A DNA stretch of 64,000 nucleotides from Nitrospirota bacterium (GTDB lineage Bacteria; Nitrospirota; UBA9217): the NCBI GenBank assembly GCA_963751455.1, contig CAVVUN010000015.1, positions 1,248,001 through 1,312,000 of the forward strand, given 5' to 3'. Position numbers and translations under genes: made by a program. The notes under the pieces are model-generated. The model was not told the DNA's origin. It searched no databases and saw only the letters and a program-made list of their open reading frames with translations. This document shows positions 19,510 to 30,334 of the stretch, in pieces (position 1 is the stretch's first letter; each line of letters begins with the position of its first letter).

Positions 19510-20479
19510 CTAAAATGAGGTTCCGACGCCTCCTAGTACTTTATAATCTATATCGTTCTGTATGCCGTTGAGGTCCTGAACGATCGGCAAACCCACTGAG
19601 AAGTAAGCGGTCCACTTTTGTGCTGGCGAAATGCGCAGGCCCGGAGCAAGATAGAGAATGTTTCCGCCACTGTCATTGTCTTTGCTGCCTGCGATTGTCT
19701 GCTTTTCTTTCCATTCGCCATTCAGTTCCAGAACGAGATCCAATGCCGTATTCATGCCGGTCATGCGATAAGAAGCAGCAGCATTATAATGGAAGCCGTC
19801 TCCAAGATCGGTATCCAGTGCCCCCTTTGTAGCAAAGATATAGAGGATATTGGCATGCAGGGACACGGAGTCGATCCGCCTGGATAGTGCCAGGCCGGCA
19901 AGCGTATCCCACGAACCTGAACCGGGTTGATGTTCTGTCTCGAAACGTTCGCCGCTGGTATCTCTATCGTCTGTAACGCCAGTGGGCGCCTTCAAGCCCG
20001 AAAAGGAACGCTGACCCATAGGCGCCGTCCTCCGCAGAGAGGAAGCGGTAATGGCCGAGCACCGTGAGATCGCCGACCCCTTTTGCATCGCCGTGCGAAT
20101 GAACTTCGGCAGGCACATCGGCGTGGGACTCGCGGATATTACTAATATGCACATAGGGAAGTTGCAACGTCACAGCGACGTCATCGGATAGCCTATGACC
20201 CAAGCCGAGTGACGCATGAAACACTGAGTCGAACCTGTGCGGGTCCTCTCCGTTTGCCGCCAGGCGACGCAGATCATCATCTGAGAATGGTTTGAGGGCG
20301 AGATACTCTGACTGCATGGTTACGAGCCACGATCCTTTCTGAACGCTTGAGGTCGGAATAGTCGCGACAGGCCCGCTCTGAGCTGTTCCCGCTCCCCCCG
20401 CGGGATGGTGCGCCCACACAGCGCCGGCCGCGCTGACCATGCATACAATAACTGCAATCCTTCCAAAAAATGCTTTCAT
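19510..20479 (-). CDS. His-rich outer-membrane beta-barrel transporter-like protein, frameshifted near 19997
   Basis: ORFs 19964-20479 and 19510-20154 join if one G is removed (FGLKAPTG); GVGDL, QPGSGSWD, C-terminal F. Confidence 0.7.
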
Positions 20480-20672
20480 GCAACGCCACCCTTGACTCTG
20501 TTATTTTCTAAAGTATACACCGGACGAGCTCAAGTCAGCTTGCTTAATCTACGAGTGACGAGAGTATTCTTTTTTATTTGCTTCGGCGAAAATATATCCG
20601 CGCCAAAAATCGCTTGCAACTGCTTAAAAAATAAACTATAATTTCCTACTTGCTTCGGGGCGGGATAGGCTT

Positions 20673-21747
20673 ATGTCAATGGAACAGATTCGAAAACTCA
20701 GGGAAAAGATCGACGAGATCGACGATAAGATGGTCGAACTCTTGAATGAGCGTGCCCGCATCGTCATAGAAGTCGGTAATATTAAAAAAACGGAGAAACT
20801 CGATTTTCACTCGCCGTCCCGGGAACGCGAGATCCTCGAACGTCTTTCTGCCCTGAATAAGGGGCCGTTTCCCCAGAACACCCTTCGCGCAGTATATCGG
20901 GAAATTCTGTCGTCTTCCCTTTCGCTCGAGCGCCCGCTCAAGGTCGCCTATCTCGGGCCGCGTGCAACGTTCACCCATCAGGCCGTAATGCAGCAATTCG
21001 GCCTTGCCGCCCAGGACGTGCCGGTTGAGACCATCAAGGATGTATTCAACGAAGTGGAGCGGGGCCGGGCCGACTACGGCGTGGTTCCCATCGAGAATTC
21101 GACATCCGGAGCCGTGATTTATACACTGGACACATTCATCGATTCCGATCTTAAAATTGCGGCGGAAATCGTGCTGGAAGTTACGCAGCATCTCATGAAC
21201 AGGTCGGGAAGGATCGAAGACGTCAAGAAAATTTATACGATTCCGCCCGCGGCCGCGCAATGCAGGCTATGGATTGAGAAGAACCTGCCCGGCGTCCCTG
21301 TTCTTGACGCGCCCTCCACGGCCCGGGCAGCCGAAATGGCAATAGACGACCCGACGGTTGGCGCAATTGCCAGCGAAATGGCGGCGGTCCTCTACGGCCT
21401 TCAGATTGCCGGGCAGGAAGATCGAGGACAGCGCAAGCAATGTTACCCGCTTTCTCGTGATTGCGGCAAAATCGCCGGGGAAAACGGGTCGCGACAAAAC
21501 CTCCATCATGTTCTCGATAAAAGACAAGGTAGGGGCGCTTTATACAATGCTTGCGCCTTTCGCCGAATCCGGCATTAACCTGAACCGGCTCGATGCCCGG
21601 CCTTCCGGCAGAAAGGTGTGGGACTATGTGTTCTTTCTCGACATGGAAGGCCACCTTGAAGATGAAAAAGTGGCAAGGGCCATCGAGCGACTCAGGGTCG
21701 ATTGCATGTTTCTGAAGGTCCTCGGATCATACCCCAAATGCCAGTAA
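20673..21747 (+). CDS. pheA: chorismate mutase/prephenate dehydratase (+1 frameshift near 21412)
   Basis: LREKIDEID, VAYLGPRATFT, VVPIENS, then NVTRFLVI and ACT domain in the shifted frame. Confidence 0.92.
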
Positions 21748-21845
21748 TCCCGAATGCGGAATGCGGAATCGAAAATCTCCCGATCCAGACAAGCCGGAAA
21801 AGCTCTTTAGCCACAGATGTGAAGCAAAACCGGAATCTTCAAAGC

Positions 21846-21923
21846 TTTATCCGCAGATTTCGCAGATTTGAAAGAATTAATTATCTAATTTAATCGGCGA
21901 AATCTGTGTAATCTGCGGATAAA
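21846..21923. repeat. CGCAGAT-family inverted-repeat element
   Basis: tttatccgcagatttcgcagatt ... aatctgtgtaatctgcggataaa. Confidence 0.75.
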
Positions 21924-22032
21924 ATGTTGCCTTGTTGTTAATCTTGACTCGAAGATTTTGAATTAAAAATCAAATATTCTGTTGCAAAGTCTGCATCTCA
22001 AAATCCGAAACAATAAATAACGGAGTTGAATC

Positions 22033-23109
22033 ATGATTACAGTTTCAGACAATATCAAAAGCATAATGCCCTATGTTCCCGGAAAGCCGATCGAGGAGCT
22101 CGAGCGGGAGTTGGGGATCAGCGGCAGCATCAAGCTCGCGTCGAACGAAAATCCTCTGGGGCCTTCACCGAAGGCGGTTGCCGCCTTGAAAAAAGCCGCG
22201 GAAGGGCTGAACCGGTACCCTGACGGGAGCGGCTTTTACCTTTCGCAGGCCCTTGCAAAAAAATTTGATGTAGAGCTCTCCCGGATCATCCTGGGAAACG
22301 GTTCGAACGAATTGATCGAACTCGTAGTCCGCACGTTCGTGCAGCCGGACGACGAGATCATTTCAGCGGATCCTTCATTCGTTGTCTACAAGATGATCAC
22401 CCAGGCCGCGGGGGGAACAAACATCGTGGTTCCCTGCAGGGAAATGCGCCACGACCTCGATGCTATGGCGGAGCGCATTACGCCGAAGACAAGGATCGTT
22501 TTCATTGCAAACCCCAACAATCCGACCGGCACGATGAATACGAAGGCGGAAATGGACCGCTTCATGGCCCGCATTCCCGACACGGTGATTGTCGCTGTCG
22601 ATGAAGCCTACTTCGAGTATGTTACCCATGCGGAATACCCGGATTCGCTCGACTATCTGAAGGACGGCAAAAACATACTCGCGCTCAGGACGTTTTCAAA
22701 AATCTACGGACTGGCCGGGCTTAGGATCGGGTACGGCATAACCACGCCGGAGATCGCGGAACTCATGAACAAGGTGCGCCAGCCGTTCAACACGAACTCC
22801 CTGGCACAGATAGCCGCAGTAGCGGCGCTTGGGGACCGCAAACACGTGGAAAAATCGATTGCAACCAATAATGAAGGCAAGCAGTTCCTCTATCAGTCCT
22901 TCGGACAGCTGGGCGTTACCTACATCCCTACGGAGACGAATTTCATATTCTTTGAAACGTCCCGGGACGGAAGGGAAGTGTACTCCATTCTCCTGAAACA
23001 GGGCGTTATCGTGAGGCCGATGGGCGGCAACAGGCTCAGGGTAACGATCGGGCTGCCCGAGGAGAACAAGCGGTTTATAAGCGAGCTGGAGAAGGTTGTA
23101 AATACATAG
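22033..23109 (+). CDS. hisC: histidinol-phosphate aminotransferase
   Basis: KLASNENP, GNGSNE, NPNNPTG, DEAY, RTFSKIYGLAGLRIG. Confidence 0.95.
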   Translation: MITVSDNIKSIMPYVPGKPIEELERELGISGSIKLASNENPLGPSPKAVAALKKAAEGLNRYPDGSGFYLSQALAKKFDVELSRIILGNGSNELIELVVRTFVQPDDEIISADPSFVVYKMITQAAGGTNIVVPCREMRHDLDAMAERITPKTRIVFIANPNNPTGTMNTKAEMDRFMARIPDTVIVAVDEAYFEYVTHAEYPDSLDYLKDGKNILALRTFSKIYGLAGLRIGYGITTPEIAELMNKVRQPFNTNSLAQIAAVAALGDRKHVEKSIATNNEGKQFLYQSFGQLGVTYIPTETNFIFFETSRDGREVYSILLKQGVIVRPMGGNRLRVTIGLPEENKRFISELEKVVNT

Positions 23110-23188
23110 CATAGCGCATAGAGCATAGAGCATGGCGTAAAGAGCTTTAAAACATCAACGCTATGCACCATGCGCTTTGCGCCATGCG
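23105..23188. repeat. heptamer-periodic inverted repeat
   Basis: (gcataga)n-like left arm / cgctatgcaccatgcgctttgcgccatgcg. Confidence 0.6.
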
Positions 23189-23206
23189 AATCCAGAAAGG
23201 ATTCCC

Positions 23207-24244
23207 ATGATTATCGTTGTCAAGCCCGATGCAACCGAGGAACAGATCGAGCACATCATAAAAAAGATCAAGGATGTCGGTCTGCAGGCCCACGTATCCA
23301 AGGGCACGGAGAGAACAATCATCGGCGCCATAGGCGATGAGGCCATCCTCCGGACGGTGCCGCTCGAAGCCATCCCCGGCGTGGAAAAGGTCCATGCGAT
23401 ACTGAAACCGTTCAAGCTCGCGAGCCGGGATTTCAGGAAAGAGAACACGATTGTCACCGTTCGCGGCGTCGAGATCGGCGGCAAGAAAATCGCGGTCATG
23501 GCCGGTCCCTGCGCAGTCGAGAATAAGACACTGCTTATTGAAATATCCAAGGACGTCAAGGCAGCAGGCGCCGGGTTCCTGCGCGGAGGCGCGTTCAAAC
23601 CCCGGACTTCTCCCTATGCCTTTCAGGGGCTCGAGGAGGAAGGGCTCAAATACCTTGCAGAAGCCCGTGAGCGGACCGGTCTTCCGATCGTGACGGAGGT
23701 AATGGACCCTCGGGACATCGAGCTGATCGCGAAGTACGCTGATGTTCTCCAGATCGGCGCGCGCAACATGCAGAATTTCAGGCTGCTCAAGGAAGTGGGA
23801 CTTTGCAAGAAGCCGGTACTCCTCAAGAGAGGCATATCAGGAACAATCAAAGAGTGGCTTATGTCGGCCGAGTACATCATGGCTGCGGGCAACCATGATG
23901 TCATCCTGTGCGAACGCGGGATACGGACGTATGAAACAGCCACCAGAAACACGCTTGACCTCTCGGCGGTGCCCGTACTGAAGCAGATGACGCATCTGCC
24001 CGTCATTGTCGATCCGAGTCACGCAGTCGGGAAATGGGACCTCGTGGCGCCCATGGCAAAGGCAGCGGTGGCTGCGGGCTGCGACGGGCTTATCATCGAG
24101 GTCCATTCCAATCCGGAAGAAGCGCTGTGCGACGGGGAGCAATCGCTCAAGCCGAAGAGCTTCAAACAGTTGATGGAGGAGCTCCAAGCCGATCGCAAAG
24201 GCCGTGAGAAGAGAAATATAACGAGTATTGGTTTGTTTGGTTGA
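23207..24244 (+). CDS. aroF: DAHP synthase type I-beta (true stop probably 24221; +1 frameshift near 24184)
   Basis: [43 protein letters not shown]. Confidence 0.93.
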   Translation: MIIVVKPDATEEQIEHIIKKIKDVGLQAHVSKGTERTIIGAIGDEAILRTVPLEAIPGVEKVHAILKPFKLASRDFRKENTIVTVRGVEIGGKKIAVMAGPCAVENKTLLIEISKDVKAAGAGFLRGGAFKPRTSPYAFQGLEEEGLKYLAEARERTGLPIVTEVMDPRDIELIAKYADVLQIGARNMQNFRLLKEVGLCKKPVLLKRGISGTIKEWLMSAEYIMAAGNHDVILCERGIRTYETATRNTLDLSAVPVLKQMTHLPVIVDPSHAVGKWDLVAPMAKAAVAAGCDGLIIEVHSNPEEALCDGEQSLKPKSFKQLMEELQADRKGREKRNITSIGLFG

Positions 24245-24317
24245 TCCGGTTTGTTTGGTTTGCCTGGTTGACCAAATAAACAAAACAAACCAAATAAACT
24301 AAACAAACCAGACAAAC
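24227..24317. repeat. low-complexity (GGTTTGTTT)n/(AAACAAACC)n foldback
   Basis: 9-bp periodic arms in inverted orientation between aroF and tyrA. Confidence 0.65.
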
Positions 24318-24325
24318 TGGAAATC

Positions 24326-25189
24326 ATGTCTTTTTTGTTTAACAACGTCACCATCATCGGAGTCGGGCTGATCGGCGGATCGCTCGCCAGGGTCTTGAAG
24401 GCCAGAAAAATTGCGCGGTGCATCACCGGCACGGGCAGAAGCATGGCTACGCTCGAGCAGGCGCTCGCACTCGGTGTGATCGACAGGATCGCGCACGATT
24501 TAAGGCAAGGCGTGGAAGACGCGGATCTCGTGGTGCTCGCCACGCCGGTTGGAATGTTTGAAACGATCGTCCGTGAAATAGGACCTTATTTAAAAAAGGG
24601 CGCTGTTCTCACGGATGTGGGGAGCGTAAAAGGCGGCATTGCAGCGAAAATCGAGGAGGCCGTCGGTCCCGGATCCCACTACGTGCCCGCTCATCCCATA
24701 GCAGGCAGGGAAAAATCCGGTGTTTCGGAATCTACCGATAGCCTGTTCCAGGGAAGACGCTGTGTGCTTACGCCGACGAGCAAGACAGACAAAAGGGCAT
24801 TCGATGCAGTGCGCGAGATGTGGATAGCGGCCGGCGCCGACATCACCGTTATGGATCCGGACCTGCATGACAAGGTCTTCGCGGCAGTGAGCCATCTGCC
24901 GCATGTTGCAGCCTTTGCCATGATGTCTGCGGTATCCGAGTTGAACACGGGCACCCAGGAGTACCTCGAGTTCTCCGGCGCCGGTTTTCGCGACTTCACC
25001 CGCATTGCCGCCAGCTCTCCTGAAATGTGGAAAGATATTTTTATCATGAACAGAGAAAAGCTCGTTCTGATGGTCGACCGCTACCTGCAGTCATTGAACC
25101 GTTTTAAACAGGAGATCTCTTCCGACGACGGCACAGCGCTGGAACAGCACCTGAAAGCCGCGAGCAATGTCAGAAGGGGGCTCCAGTAA
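24326..25189 (+). CDS. tyrA: prephenate/arogenate dehydrogenase
   Basis: GVGLIGGS, TDVGSVK, HPIAGRE, HDKVFAAVSHLPH, GFRDFTRIA. Confidence 0.93.
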   Translation: MSFLFNNVTIIGVGLIGGSLARVLKARKIARCITGTGRSMATLEQALALGVIDRIAHDLRQGVEDADLVVLATPVGMFETIVREIGPYLKKGAVLTDVGSVKGGIAAKIEEAVGPGSHYVPAHPIAGREKSGVSESTDSLFQGRRCVLTPTSKTDKRAFDAVREMWIAAGADITVMDPDLHDKVFAAVSHLPHVAAFAMMSAVSELNTGTQEYLEFSGAGFRDFTRIAASSPEMWKDIFIMNREKLVLMVDRYLQSLNRFKQEISSDDGTALEQHLKAASNVRRGLQ

Positions 25190-26506
25190 TGCCCGATTTC
25201 GTTGTACAATCGTCGCCCGGGCTGAAGGGCACTATAACCCTGCCCGGGGATAAATCCGTGTCGCACCGCTCCGTCCTGCTTTCCGCCATAGCGGAAGGCA
25301 GCACGGTCATCAACGGGTTCCTTACCGGTGAAGATACAGTAAACACGGCAAAGGCGGTGCAGTGCATGGGCATCACCGTCGAAGGCGTGGGCGCCGGCCG
25401 GTTGACGGTCCACGGAAAAGGGTTGGACGGTCTCCATGAACCCGAGGGCGTGCTCGATCTCGGCAATTCGGGCACGGGCATGAGGCTGATCGCGGGACTT
25501 CTTGCGGGCCAGGGCTTTTTTTCGGTTTTAACCGGGGACCGCTATCTCAGAAAACGACCCATGGGCCGCATCGTGGAACCGCTCCGCCGGATGGGCGCGC
25601 GGATCGACGGCCGTTCAGGCGGAAAACTTGCGCCGCTTGCAATCACCGGAAGCGGACGAAAAACTGCTGCGATCGATTTTTCGAGTCCCGTTGCCAGCGC
25701 TCAGGTCAAATCCGCTTTGCTCCTTGCCGGGTTGTATGCCGACGGTGAAACAGCCGTAAGCGAACCTTCGAAGTCCAGGGACCATACGGAGCGAATGCTC
25801 CGCTTCTTCGGCGTCGAAGTCGGTGAACAGGGAAACCGCATCACGCTTCGAGGGCGGCAGGCGCTTCACGCGGGGGGAACAATAGAGGTACCATCCGATA
25901 TATCGTCGGCCGCATTCTTCATGGTGGCTGCCAGCATCGTTCCCGGCTCGGATCTCAGAATTCTTAACGTCGGAGTGAATCCGACGCGGACCGGCATAAT
26001 CGATGTTCTTATCTCCATGGGCGGCGATATCGTTCTCGAGAACACCCGGGAGCAGGCAGGCGAACCGGTCGCCGACATCCGGGTGCGGTCCAAAAAATTG
26101 CACGGAGTCCGGATTTCGGGTGACGTAATTCCGCGTGCCATCGATGAGATTCCGGTACTGTGCCGTCGCGGCCTCCTGCGCAGAGGGAACTACCGTAATC
26201 AGAGACGCGGCAGAACTTCGGGTCAAGGAGTCAGACCGGATAGCTACCATGGTGCAGGAGCTGAGAAAACTCGGCGTGGAAGCGACAGAGCTTCCGGACG
26301 GAATCGAAATCACGGGCAGGGAAGCCCTTCAGGGCGCGATTTGCGAAAGCCACGGAGACCATCGTATCGCCATGTCCATGGCCGTTGCGGGACTTGCGGC
26401 GAAGGGAGAAACGGTCGTCCATGACACCGGGTGGATTGACACTTCGTTTCCGGGATTCGAGCGCCTGCTGAGACAGGCGGCTTATGGACAACTTAAGTCG
26501 TATTAG
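25189..26506 (+). CDS. aroA: EPSP synthase (+1 frameshift near 26163)
   Basis: PGDKSVSHR, GNSGT, KRPM, SAQVKS, RDHTE; shifted frame ELRVKESDRI, GDHRIAM. Confidence 0.93.
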
Positions 26507-26532
26507 CACAGAGTAACAGATAAAAGCGGAAT

Positions 26533-26628
26533 TAGCCGCAAAGAACGCAAGGGACGCAGAGAAAGATTCGAAATTAAAATTTAAGAACGCAGCTGATTTC
26601 TTTGAGTTCTTTGTGTTCTTTGCGGTTA
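26533..26628. repeat. CGCAAAG-type periodic inverted-repeat element
   Basis: tagccgcaaagaacgcaagggacgcagaga / tctttgagttctttgtgttctttgcggtta. Confidence 0.7.
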
Positions 26629-26697
26629 CCTTTGGCAGTTACTGGAGGGTTTGCCCTGCGACCTGGGGCAGTTAACTGTTGCGGCTGAGATTATGAT

Positions 26698-27387
26698 ATG
26701 GTAAAACAAAAAGATCTTTTGGTTATTGCCATCGACGGTCCTTCAGGCGCGGGCAAAAGTACGACTGCCAGAATGCTTGCAGAGCGTCTTGGCTATATAT
26801 ACATAGACACCGGGGCGCTCTATCGTGCGCTCGGGTGGAAAGCAAGGCTCGAAGGCATTGATCCGGCCGACGAGGCGAAGCTGGCCGATCTTGCTTCCCG
26901 GACCGAAGTGACGATCAAACAAAACAACAGCAATCCCAGGTTCTATGTCGACGGCTACGATGTGAGCGCTGAGATCCGTACCCCGGAAATGGGCATGATG
27001 GCGTCATCGGTGTCAAAGTCACCGGCAATTCGCGCCAGGCTCCTCATTGTTCAAAGAGAACTGGGCAAGCGGGGCGGAGCCGTATTGGACGGCCGCGACA
27101 TAGGCACGGTTGTCTTCCCTGATGCGGATGTTAAATTTTATCTCGACGCGAGCGTCGAAGAGCGTGGAAAACGCAGGTACCGGGAACTCAAGGCAAAGGG
27201 AATGGACGTCGTTCTCGACCGGACGATAAGCGAGATAGCGGCGCGCGACCTCCAGGACAGTGGCCGCTCCATAGCACCCTTGAAGAAGGCGCCGGATGCG
27301 GTGCTTATCGATTCAAGCACGATGGGCATCGAAGAAGTGCTCGAAGAAGATGATGAGCGAGATAGAGAAAGTCAAGAGAAGCGCTAA
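26698..27387 (+). CDS. cmk: cytidylate kinase (C-terminus probably frameshifted; true stop about 27391)
   Basis: IAIDGPSGAGKST, DTGALYR, DGRDIGTVVFP. Confidence 0.93.
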   Translation: MVKQKDLLVIAIDGPSGAGKSTTARMLAERLGYIYIDTGALYRALGWKARLEGIDPADEAKLADLASRTEVTIKQNNSNPRFYVDGYDVSAEIRTPEMGMMASSVSKSPAIRARLLIVQRELGKRGGAVLDGRDIGTVVFPDADVKFYLDASVEERGKRRYRELKAKGMDVVLDRTISEIAARDLQDSGRSIAPLKKAPDAVLIDSSTMGIEEVLEEDDERDRESQEKR

Positions 27388-27408
27388 ATAGCAAGCACAA
27401 AATACATC

Positions 27409-27694
27409 AGCCGCGAATTGACGCAAACCTTGAACCGCAAAGGCGCAATGGTCGCGAGGAAAGCAAAGCCAACAGCAGGGTTTTAAAACCTGAAAAGATG
27501 TTGCATGGTTTCCTTGCGTCCCTCGCGTCTTCGCGGTAAATATTCTTCCCGTTTTGAGAAGATTTTGACTCCTTAGTTACTAAAGGCAACTGGTAAGGAT
27601 CTTGCGATTATTCTGAATTTCGGTAAAGAAAGACTCGAATATGAGCGATTGGCTTTTACCAGGCAGTAAGGGTTATTCGCGTTCATTTGCGGCT
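27409..27694. repeat. nested periodic inverted-repeat elements (inner 27434-27537)
   Basis: agccgcgaattgacgc / gcgttcatttgcggct; inner accgcaaaggcgcaatggtcgcgagga / tccttgcgtccctcgcgtcttcgcggt. Confidence 0.7.
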
Positions 27695-27743
27695 ATAAAC
27701 GCTTTTCGGAAAGTCGTATTAACATATTGACTTGACTCAAGAT

Positions 27744-28574
27744 ATGGAAATATTTTTAGCAGATAAAGCCGGTTTCTGCTTCGGCGTGAAGCGGGCGATC
27801 AATACGGCATTCAAAGCAGCTTCCGACGGAAACGTATTTTGCCTCGGCCCGCTTATTCATAATCCCCAGGAGGTGGAGCGCCTGAAACGGGCCGGAGTGG
27901 AAACAGTTGAAGATTTTTCTTCTCTGAAAAGAGGCGATTTTCTGATAATTCGTTCTCACGGCGTTCCTCCGCAGATACTTTCCGACGCCCGGGACAAGGG
28001 GTTGAACATTATCGATCTTACCTGTCCGTTCGTGGGCAAAGCGCAGCGTCATGCGGAGGCCCTTAATAAAGAGGGCTTCCAGGTCGTTGTCATCGGAGAA
28101 AAATTGCATCCCGAGGTGCAAAGCATAATGGGTTATGCCGGATCGAACGCAATTGTAATTGAGAAGGCGGAAGACGTTCAAAACGGCGTGTTTGAAAGCC
28201 GCATAGGGGTCGTTGCCCAGACCACCCAATCATATGGCAATTTTTCCGAAATTGTGTTAAAATTATTACGTCTTTCCAAAGAATTAAAGGTCTACAACAC
28301 TATTTGTAATTCAACTAAAGAACGACAAGACGCAGCTCAGACGCTTGCTTGCCAGGTGGACGTCATGCTTGTTGTAGGCGGTCGCAACAGCGCAAACACG
28401 TCACGGCTTGTTTCCGTTTGCAAAAAAGAAGGAACTCCGACCTACCACATAGAAATTGCCGACGAGATTCAACCCGACTGGCTGAAGGGCGCTTCCAAAG
28501 TCGGTGTTACGGCAGGCGCCTCCACGCCGGATTGGGTGGTGGAGGGCGTTCTCAAAAGATTGGAAGGCAGGTAA
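27744..28574 (+). CDS. ispH: 4-hydroxy-3-methylbut-2-enyl diphosphate reductase
   Basis: GFCFGVKRA, IHNP, SHG, TCPFV, QTT, TICNST, SANT, TAGASTP. Confidence 0.95.
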   Translation: MEIFLADKAGFCFGVKRAINTAFKAASDGNVFCLGPLIHNPQEVERLKRAGVETVEDFSSLKRGDFLIIRSHGVPPQILSDARDKGLNIIDLTCPFVGKAQRHAEALNKEGFQVVVIGEKLHPEVQSIMGYAGSNAIVIEKAEDVQNGVFESRIGVVAQTTQSYGNFSEIVLKLLRLSKELKVYNTICNSTKERQDAAQTLACQVDVMLVVGGRNSANTSRLVSVCKKEGTPTYHIEIADEIQPDWLKGASKVGVTAGASTPDWVVEGVLKRLEGR

Positions 28575-28627
28575 GCGGTTCCCCGCAGTCAGGGACCAGA
28601 TAATTATCCGGGAGGTATGCGATTTTA

Positions 28628-30328
28628 ATGAAGGATACACGTGAAGACATCGAGAACGAAGAAAACGAGACGCCGAACAGACAGGGAGACCAAACTGAAT
28701 TTGCGAAACTCTATGATCAGTCGTTAAAGAGTTTTAAATCGGGAACGATTGTGCGCGGACGGTTGCTGCAGATCCGTTCGGGCGTAGTCATGCTTGATCT
28801 CGGCTACAAATCGGACGGAATAATCCCCGTTGAACAATTTACCGAAGAGGAACTGAAGGCTCTGAAACCGGGCGATGAACTTGACGTTATGCTGGAAGCG
28901 GCGGAGGATTCGAACGGAAATCTCCTGTTGTCGCGCGAGAAGGCGAAGAAGCTGCAAATCTGGGACGTGCTGAACCAGGCATATCAGACCGGCACGCCGG
29001 TAAAAGGCAAAGTTGTTTCAGCCATTAAAGGAGGGCTGAGCGTAGACATCGGCGGTGTCACCGCGTTCCTCCCGGTATCCCAGGTGGGCCTCAAACCCGC
29101 GCATAACCTTAATCAATTCTCGGGACAGGTCTGGGATTTGAAGATAATCAAAATGAATTCGGGCCGGGGCAATATTGTCCTTTCCCGTCGCGCTCTTCTC
29201 GAACACGACCAGAACATTAAAAAAGAAGAAACCCTCGCGGCGCTTGCGGAAGGCCAGATCGTGCCCGGTGTGGTCAAGAACATTACGGAGTACGGCGCGT
29301 TCGTGGATCTCGGCGGCATTGACGGTCTGCTACACATCACCGATATGTCGTGGGGAAGAATAAATCATCCGTCCGATATCTTGAAAATCGGCGACAAGAT
29401 AGAGGTAAAAGTCCTGAAGTATGACCGGGAAAAACAAAAGGTTTCGCTCGGGATAAAGCAAAAGACCGAAGACCCCTGGTTCAGGCTGGCGGAGAAGTAC
29501 CCGGTTGGATCGAGGGTGCGCGGCAGAGTGGTCAGTCTCGCTGAGTATGGGGCCTTTATCGAATTGGAGCAGGGTGTTGAAGGACTCGTACATGTCTCCG
29601 AGATGTCCTGGACCCAGAAGATCAAACACCCTTCGAAGATCGTGTCCGTGGGGGATACAGTCGAAGCACAGGTGCTCTCGATAGACCCGGCCGCTAAGCG
29701 TATCTCTTTAGGGATCAAGCAGGTTGCGCCGAATCCATGGCATACCCTGAGTGAGCGTTTTCCCATCGGTTCAGAAGTCGAAGGCAAGGTAAAAACCCTT
29801 ACCGATTTCGGCGCTTTTATCGGAATCGAAGAAGGGATCGACGGCCTTGTCCATATTTCCGACCTGTCCTGGACCAAGCATCCGAAACATCCTTCCGAAA
29901 TGCTCAAGAAAGGCCAGATACTGAAGGCGGTGGTGCTGAGCATAGATCCGCAAAAAGAGCGGATTTCGCTGGGGATCAAGCAAGTGACGGCCGACCCATG
30001 GGAAAAACTGATACCCGAGCGCTACAAAGTAGGTCAGGACGAAACGGTGAAGGTGACGAAGGTCGCTGATTTCGGAACTTTCGTGGAGCTTGAACACGGA
30101 ATCGAAGGTCTTATTCCGGCATCCGACTTTGTGAAGGAAGCGGCGCCGCTCAAGGAAGGCGAGGAAGTGACCGCCCGTGTCATAAAAGTGGACCGGGCAG
30201 AGCGCAAGGTGGCGTTGTCGGTCAAAGCCCACGTGAAGGGGAGAGACCGGTCGAGCCTGCAGGAATACATGAACCAGCAGCCGAAGCCCGACACCACGCT
30301 CGGAGCCCTGCTGAAGGAACGGAGCTGA
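28628..30328 (+). CDS. rpsA: 30S ribosomal protein S1
   Basis: six S1 repeats (YGAFVDLGGIDGLLHITDMSW etc.). Confidence 0.97.
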   Translation: MKDTREDIENEENETPNRQGDQTEFAKLYDQSLKSFKSGTIVRGRLLQIRSGVVMLDLGYKSDGIIPVEQFTEEELKALKPGDELDVMLEAAEDSNGNLLLSREKAKKLQIWDVLNQAYQTGTPVKGKVVSAIKGGLSVDIGGVTAFLPVSQVGLKPAHNLNQFSGQVWDLKIIKMNSGRGNIVLSRRALLEHDQNIKKEETLAALAEGQIVPGVVKNITEYGAFVDLGGIDGLLHITDMSWGRINHPSDILKIGDKIEVKVLKYDREKQKVSLGIKQKTEDPWFRLAEKYPVGSRVRGRVVSLAEYGAFIELEQGVEGLVHVSEMSWTQKIKHPSKIVSVGDTVEAQVLSIDPAAKRISLGIKQVAPNPWHTLSERFPIGSEVEGKVKTLTDFGAFIGIEEGIDGLVHISDLSWTKHPKHPSEMLKKGQILKAVVLSIDPQKERISLGIKQVTADPWEKLIPERYKVGQDETVKVTKVADFGTFVELEHGIEGLIPASDFVKEAAPLKEGEEVTARVIKVDRAERKVALSVKAHVKGRDRSSLQEYMNQQPKPDTTLGALLKERS

Positions 30329-30334
30329 TCCCGC

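Noticed and set aside
21400-26170. Programmed frameshifting in pheA, aroF and aroA
   Set aside because: No slippery sites; a cluster of single-base duplications fits sequencing error
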